DNA of 64,000 nucleotides from Candidatus Cloacimonadales bacterium (GTDB lineage Bacteria; Cloacimonadota; Cloacimonadia; Cloacimonadales; JAIOQZ01): NCBI GenBank assembly GCA_963665815.1, contig OY762463.1, positions 736,001 to 800,000 of the forward strand, read 5' to 3'. Shown piece by piece: positions 59,040 to 64,000 of this stretch (position 1 is its first letter; each line of letters starts with the position of its first letter). The notes under the pieces were generated by a model. It saw only the letters and a program-made list of their open reading frames with translations, ran no database searches and was not told where the DNA came from. The position numbers and the translations under genes were made by a program.

Positions 59040-61892
59040 ATGAGAACGAAACAAATTAAGTTCTTACTGGCTGCAGTTGTTTTCATGATGTTGAGCGGCA
59101 TCATGAATGCTGTGACATTCAGCGGCCATGTTACATCTGCCGAAGATGGTTCTGATGTAGCCAATGCAAATGTTATCTGCTTCATAATGCCAGATGACTC
59201 AACAGGTACCGGTAACAGACCGGAATCCACAACCACAGATGTGAGCGGAAACTTTACATTTTATAATATCAACGATGGTTCTAATGTAATGCTTGAAGTT
59301 TCACACGGTGACTTTTTGCTATTCAACCAGAACTATACCGTGAATGGTAATATGTCTGTAGATATAGCGCTTAGTACCATGAATAACGTGACAACATACT
59401 CTGTTAGTGGCGTTGTAATAGACAGTCTGAATAACCAGCCTGTTCCAAACCTGAATATTATTCTGGGGGGAAGCCTTCTGGAAATAGCTTATAATGCTGT
59501 AACAGACGCAAATGGAGCATTCAGTTTTGCAGAAGTGATTTCACAGGAATATGACATTTATCTTGGTAATCCAAACTTCATACCTCCTGCATACCATATC
59601 ACTGTGGATCAGGATTTGAATCTTACATTATATCACACTCCTGCTAATACTAACAACCATGTTGTAGGAACAATAGTTGATGAAAATGGAAATCCTGTTC
59701 CTCATCTTCCTGTAGCAATTGCAGGTAACCTCATGGATGTCATGTATCTTGAACAGACAAACAATAATGGAGTGGTACACTTTAATGATGTTGTGACACA
59801 ACCTTATAATGTATATCTCGGACCACGCAATCCAATGCAGGTTCCTGATGCGGTCATCAATGTTGATGGTGATAATCAATTTACAGCCGTATTTGGAAAC
59901 AATAATCCTGATACTATGTATACGGTTACAATAAATATTGTAGATGAAAACAATGCTCCTGTTCAGTTCACACAGTTCGTTATAGCCGGTCAATTAATGG
60001 ATATTGGTTACAACGGCATTACAGACAATATGGGAACAGCAGTTATAACAGGCGTTATCCCACAACCGTATAATCTTTACATTGGTAACCACGGTCCCAT
60101 GGTTAATCCGGATGCAAGCTTCATAGTAGACAGCGACACATTAATAACTGTTGTATATACAGACACTGTAATGACAGATACATATACTTTATCCGGAGAC
60201 GTAATTGACTTTGATACAAATCAACCTTTACAGGGGATTGAAATTGTTATTTCTTATCGTAACCCATGGAATCAGGATTCTGTTGTTTTAACAGATGCTG
60301 CTGGTCATTTCAATGTGGACTCTCTTTCTGCCGGACGTTATTTCGTGTCTATTACAGATCCTGCCTATAATGTCTATATGAACGAAGTTATTCTTGATCA
60401 GGATATCAATCTCAGCATACCTCTTCACACTTTTGCAGGTGGAGACATAACTTTCTCAGGTAGCGTATTCAATGCAAGAACAGGTATGCCTGTTGATGGA
60501 ATCAATGTTACACTTACAGAAATTGACAGTAATAATACAACAGAAAATTATTCTGTTGTTACAGATTATCAGGGACAATTTGTAATTGATAATATGACCG
60601 CAGGTAATTATGAAGTAACACTTATGCTTAATGGTATGATGCTTTCATATCAAATAGTACACATTAATCATTCAAGACATATGAACTTCCCTGTCAGAGT
60701 TATTCAAATTGATGCTCCTGTTCTCAGCGGAAGAGTAATGGACTTCAATAGAAACCCTGTAGTTAATGCAGCAGTTGAAATTTACTGTGAATTCCTTGAT
60801 TGTGCTCCGGAAACAGTATATACAGATAATAGAGGTTTCTATAATACTGATCAGGTAATTAATGATGAACCTTACATTGTAACAGTTCAAGAAACCGGCT
60901 ACTTACCTTTCGAAGGAAGAGTTTTTGTCAATGGTGATACCAGATTTGACGTAAGACTGATTGGCGATGACATGGTTATCAATTCTTCAGTTTCAGGAAC
61001 AGTAATATCAGACGATACAAGTAATCCTGTTAGTAATGCTGTTGTTCATTTAATCCCTGAAAATGGCGGATTCCACAATCCATTCTTAACCGCTATGACA
61101 GATGTAAACGGACAATATACTATCAACGTTCCTGCAGGGAACTATATGGCTGTATGTCATGTAAGAAATGTAGAATTCTGGAATACAGATTCATTATACA
61201 TTAATTACTACAGAGAGTTTTATGATGATACGCAAGAAATCGAAACCGCACAGCTCATTACTGTAGGTGATGATCAGGATGTTAGTGGTATCGATTTTGG
61301 TGTACCCGATTATAACTCAACCTTTGATCCTGTTTTCCCTGAAATCTTTGGGCTTCTTGACACAGACGACAGAACAAATCTTCAAATCGCTCAGATTACT
61401 CTGAAAGACACTGATAATAACATATTAGCTCAGACAACTTCTGGTGATGACGGAAGATTTTCATTTGAAGGAGCAAGAGAAGGTAATTCATACACAGTTA
61501 TTGTTGAACTTGATGGTTATGAAACTCAAACAATAGAGTTAACTCATTATGGCATGGATTCATTCTTGAGCTTTGATATGGAAGCAGTTATTGCTAATGA
61601 TCCAGTTAATGAGTTTGAAGAGTTATCACTTGGAAACTATCCAAATCCATTTAATCCGGAAACTACAATAAATTATTCACTTACTAATGATGAAAGAGTC
61701 GAAATATCAATATATAACCTTAAGGGACAAAAAGTAAAAACACTCATTAATGGTCATCAAACCGCAGGAAAGCATGAAGTAATGTGGAATGGTACAAACA
61801 ACAGTAACAATCCTGTTGCTTCAGGTGTTTACTTTACGATCCTTAAAACATCAAAAGAAACTTTGAAACACAAAGTTTTGTTATTGAAATAG
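59040..61892 (+). CDS. Secreted carboxypeptidase-regulatory-like repeat protein with C-terminal sorting domain
   Basis: ATG 59040 follows AAGGAG; about nine SG.V.D...TD..G.F repeats; NYPNPFNPET...KVLLLK. Confidence 0.87.
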   Translation: MRTKQIKFLLAAVVFMMLSGIMNAVTFSGHVTSAEDGSDVANANVICFIMPDDSTGTGNRPESTTTDVSGNFTFYNINDGSNVMLEVSHGDFLLFNQNYTVNGNMSVDIALSTMNNVTTYSVSGVVIDSLNNQPVPNLNIILGGSLLEIAYNAVTDANGAFSFAEVISQEYDIYLGNPNFIPPAYHITVDQDLNLTLYHTPANTNNHVVGTIVDENGNPVPHLPVAIAGNLMDVMYLEQTNNNGVVHFNDVVTQPYNVYLGPRNPMQVPDAVINVDGDNQFTAVFGNNNPDTMYTVTINIVDENNAPVQFTQFVIAGQLMDIGYNGITDNMGTAVITGVIPQPYNLYIGNHGPMVNPDASFIVDSDTLITVVYTDTVMTDTYTLSGDVIDFDTNQPLQGIEIVISYRNPWNQDSVVLTDAAGHFNVDSLSAGRYFVSITDPAYNVYMNEVILDQDINLSIPLHTFAGGDITFSGSVFNARTGMPVDGINVTLTEIDSNNTTENYSVVTDYQGQFVIDNMTAGNYEVTLMLNGMMLSYQIVHINHSRHMNFPVRVIQIDAPVLSGRVMDFNRNPVVNAAVEIYCEFLDCAPETVYTDNRGFYNTDQVINDEPYIVTVQETGYLPFEGRVFVNGDTRFDVRLIGDDMVINSSVSGTVISDDTSNPVSNAVVHLIPENGGFHNPFLTAMTDVNGQYTINVPAGNYMAVCHVRNVEFWNTDSLYINYYREFYDDTQEIETAQLITVGDDQDVSGIDFGVPDYNSTFDPVFPEIFGLLDTDDRTNLQIAQITLKDTDNNILAQTTSGDDGRFSFEGAREGNSYTVIVELDGYETQTIELTHYGMDSFLSFDMEAVIANDPVNEFEELSLGNYPNPFNPETTINYSLTNDERVEISIYNLKGQKVKTLINGHQTAGKHEVMWNGTNNSNNPVASGVYFTILKTSKETLKHKVLLLK

Positions 61893-61900
61893 GAATTTAT

Positions 61901-62310
61901 ATGCTTCAGCTTAATTATACCCCTAATGAAAATAATGTAGATTACCCCCCTGTAATTTACAATACCCCTACAGCTGAACGCATGTTTAACAGAGCAGGAG
62001 CCCCTAACTCCTGCTCTTTCCCCTCAGCGTTTAAAAGTAACTTGAAATATAAAGCATTGATTACGAAATACCCCTATACCCCTAAATCTGCATTTTACTA
62101 CCCGGTATCATGCAAAGATAAGTTTTCAATGCTGAATGAGAACGGATTTTCCCCTAAATCCGACTCTTATTTCGAAGTTAGTTTCATACATAATCTACAC
62201 CGGAGTCTAATTACCCCTAATGAAAATAATGTAGATTACCCCCCTGTAATTTACAGTACCCTAAACTCCGAGTGTAAGATTATCGGAGCGGGATCCCCCT
62301 ATCCCGCTCC
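61901..62310 (+). ncRNA. Candidate structured RNA with repeated CCCCU loops
   Basis: Nested stems, 11 unpaired C4-6U motifs, an internal ~45-nt duplication, and a G.U pair that favours the + strand (see findings). Confidence 0.65.
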
Positions 62311-62415
62311 ACATTTTATCAATTGATATTACATTAAACCTCTTCCCCTCTTCTTTGACATATTTAATTCATTGACATTTTATCCAGCAAACTGAACCTC
62401 TTAACTGAGGTAAAA

Positions 62416-63924
62416 ATGTTTGAAAAAGTTCATGAAGCTATAAAATTACTGATTGATTTGTCGAAGAGCGAAACAGATCATATCAGTTTTCTTGAAAATG
62501 CCGTACATTCTCTATCTGAATCCTTTAAATTAAGCAAGTCGTTGACTGTTTTTGGAATTGACGGTCAGATTTTCGAGTGCGAATACTCCCAAAAAAGAAA
62601 TCAGTTCACTAATTATGTTCTTAAAGAAGAGTCACTCAATGATAGACTCAGCAGCATAATTGCTGATAAATCAGAAGAATATGGTCACAGTCTTACTATT
62701 CATGATAATAAAGACTCACTGACCGGAATTATAAATTTTTCATTAACTGATAACACTGAAAATGCCTTTGAAATTCTTACTGAGGCAAAAGATATTTTTC
62801 ATCTGATTTTTACTTACCATTACCGTCAGTTTCAACTCGGGGAGAGAGTTAAAGAACTTTCATGTCTGCATCAGATAAACAAAATTGCCAAACAGGTTGA
62901 TTTAAGTACAGATGAATTACTGAGTAAAATTGTGAAACTTCTACCTCCCGCATGGCAATTCCCTACATACACATATTCACGAATCACTTTCAATAAAAAC
63001 GTTTTCATCTCCGAGCCTTTTGTTGAAACTAATTTATTGTTGAAATCTGAAATTATTATTGATAAAGAAAATTCAGGGCATGTTGAAGTATTTCTTGCTG
63101 AGAGCTTCAGAAAACCCTTGAATGAACCTTTCCTGAAGGAAGAGGAAATTCTGATATCTACAATAGCTCAGGAACTGAAAAATATACTCAAAAGAAGAAT
63201 CATTGAAGAAGAGAGGAAGCAACTTGAACAACAATTACTTCATGCAGACAGGCTCGCGACACTTGGTCAGCTTTCAGCAGGAATTGCGCATGAGATAAAT
63301 GAACCTCTTGCCGGAATTCTTGGTCTTGCTCAGTTAATGGAAAAAAATCCCAGTCTTAATAACGAAGCGATGTCTGATCTTGAAAACATAATCTCTGCAT
63401 CACTTCATGCTCGTGAAGTAGTGAAAAAGCTCATGTTGTTTGCCAGACAGATGCCAAGTTCTCACAGTAAACTTAACCTTAATGATGCTGTAAAAAATGC
63501 CCAGTTCTTTCTTGAGTCGCGATGTAATAAAGAAGGCATCAGGATTGAACTGAACCTTGCAGAGAATATTCCGATGATATCTGCTGATTCATCACAAATA
63601 CACCAGGTACTTATAAATCTGATTGTCAATGCTATGCAGGCAATGAATGACGGTGGTAAAATCACAATATCAACATACTTTGATGAGTTTAACATATATC
63701 TTAAATGTGAAGATACCGGTTCCGGGATTCCTGAAGAAATTATTGATAAAATATTCAATCCTTTTTTTACAACTAAAAAGGTCAACGAGGGAACAGGGCT
63801 TGGATTGTCAGTTGTGCACGGAATCATATACTCACATAACGGAGAGATTACTGTAAGCAGTAAGGAGAATATTGGCACGGAATTCATTGTATCTTTACCG
63901 GGGATAGAAAGTTATGAAAAATAA
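62416..63924 (+). CDS. Sensor histidine kinase (NtrB-like HisKA + HATPase)
   Basis: LGERVKEL..L, LATLGQLSAGIAHEINEPL, NLIVNAMQAM, EDTGSGI, FFTTK..GTGLGL. Confidence 0.93.
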   Translation: MFEKVHEAIKLLIDLSKSETDHISFLENAVHSLSESFKLSKSLTVFGIDGQIFECEYSQKRNQFTNYVLKEESLNDRLSSIIADKSEEYGHSLTIHDNKDSLTGIINFSLTDNTENAFEILTEAKDIFHLIFTYHYRQFQLGERVKELSCLHQINKIAKQVDLSTDELLSKIVKLLPPAWQFPTYTYSRITFNKNVFISEPFVETNLLLKSEIIIDKENSGHVEVFLAESFRKPLNEPFLKEEEILISTIAQELKNILKRRIIEEERKQLEQQLLHADRLATLGQLSAGIAHEINEPLAGILGLAQLMEKNPSLNNEAMSDLENIISASLHAREVVKKLMLFARQMPSSHSKLNLNDAVKNAQFFLESRCNKEGIRIELNLAENIPMISADSSQIHQVLINLIVNAMQAMNDGGKITISTYFDEFNIYLKCEDTGSGIPEEIIDKIFNPFFTTKKVNEGTGLGLSVVHGIIYSHNGEITVSSKENIGTEFIVSLPGIESYEK

Positions 63925-64000
63925 AGTAATTGTTATTCTGGATGATAATGCTGTAACACGAGATATTATAAAAAGAAATCTGAAGAAACATGGTTATGCT
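63914..64000 (+). CDS. Response regulator receiver domain, 3'-partial
   Basis: MKNKVIVILDDNAVTRDIIKRNLKKHGYA, overlapping the kinase stop codon. Confidence 0.8.
   Translation, partial: MKNKVIVILDDNAVTRDIIKRNLKKHGYA

Overview
AT-rich bacterial chromosome segment. Seven secreted proteins end in the 'NYPNPFNPET...IYNxKGQKVKTL...WNG...SGVYFYKL...KMILxK' sorting tail (T9SS type A/FlgD-Ig-like), which suggests an anaerobic FCB-group organism, most likely Cloacimonadota (inference). Ordinary content: thiS-thiG-thiH, xth/nth, a CDP-3,6-dideoxyhexose cluster (rfbF, rfbG, reductase, rfbH, flavin reductase, GT2), an ABC ATPase with a permease/M1-peptidase fusion, an ArsR-DUF2087 regulator, an ECF sigma factor and several histidine kinases. 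The most unusual signals are: (1) a ~410-nt nested multi-hairpin region with 11 unpaired CCCCU motifs (61901-62310), lying directly after a sigma54-type operon next to a Ser/Thr kinase-TPR-GAF-AAA+ activator gene; (2) a GxxExxY PD-(D/E)XK nuclease-like gene embedded among three ~150-bp hairpin repeats; (3) a 6 x 152-bp MITE-like tandem array with a diverged solo copy 4 kb away; (4) a TIR-TPR protein whose ten near-identical 102-bp repeats vary combinatorially; (5) a dispersed ~50-bp promoter-like module shared by unrelated orphan genes; (6) a conserved structured leader before two secreted Ntn-hydrolase/FG-GAP paralogs. No rRNA, tRNA, CRISPR array, transposase or integrase was recognised.
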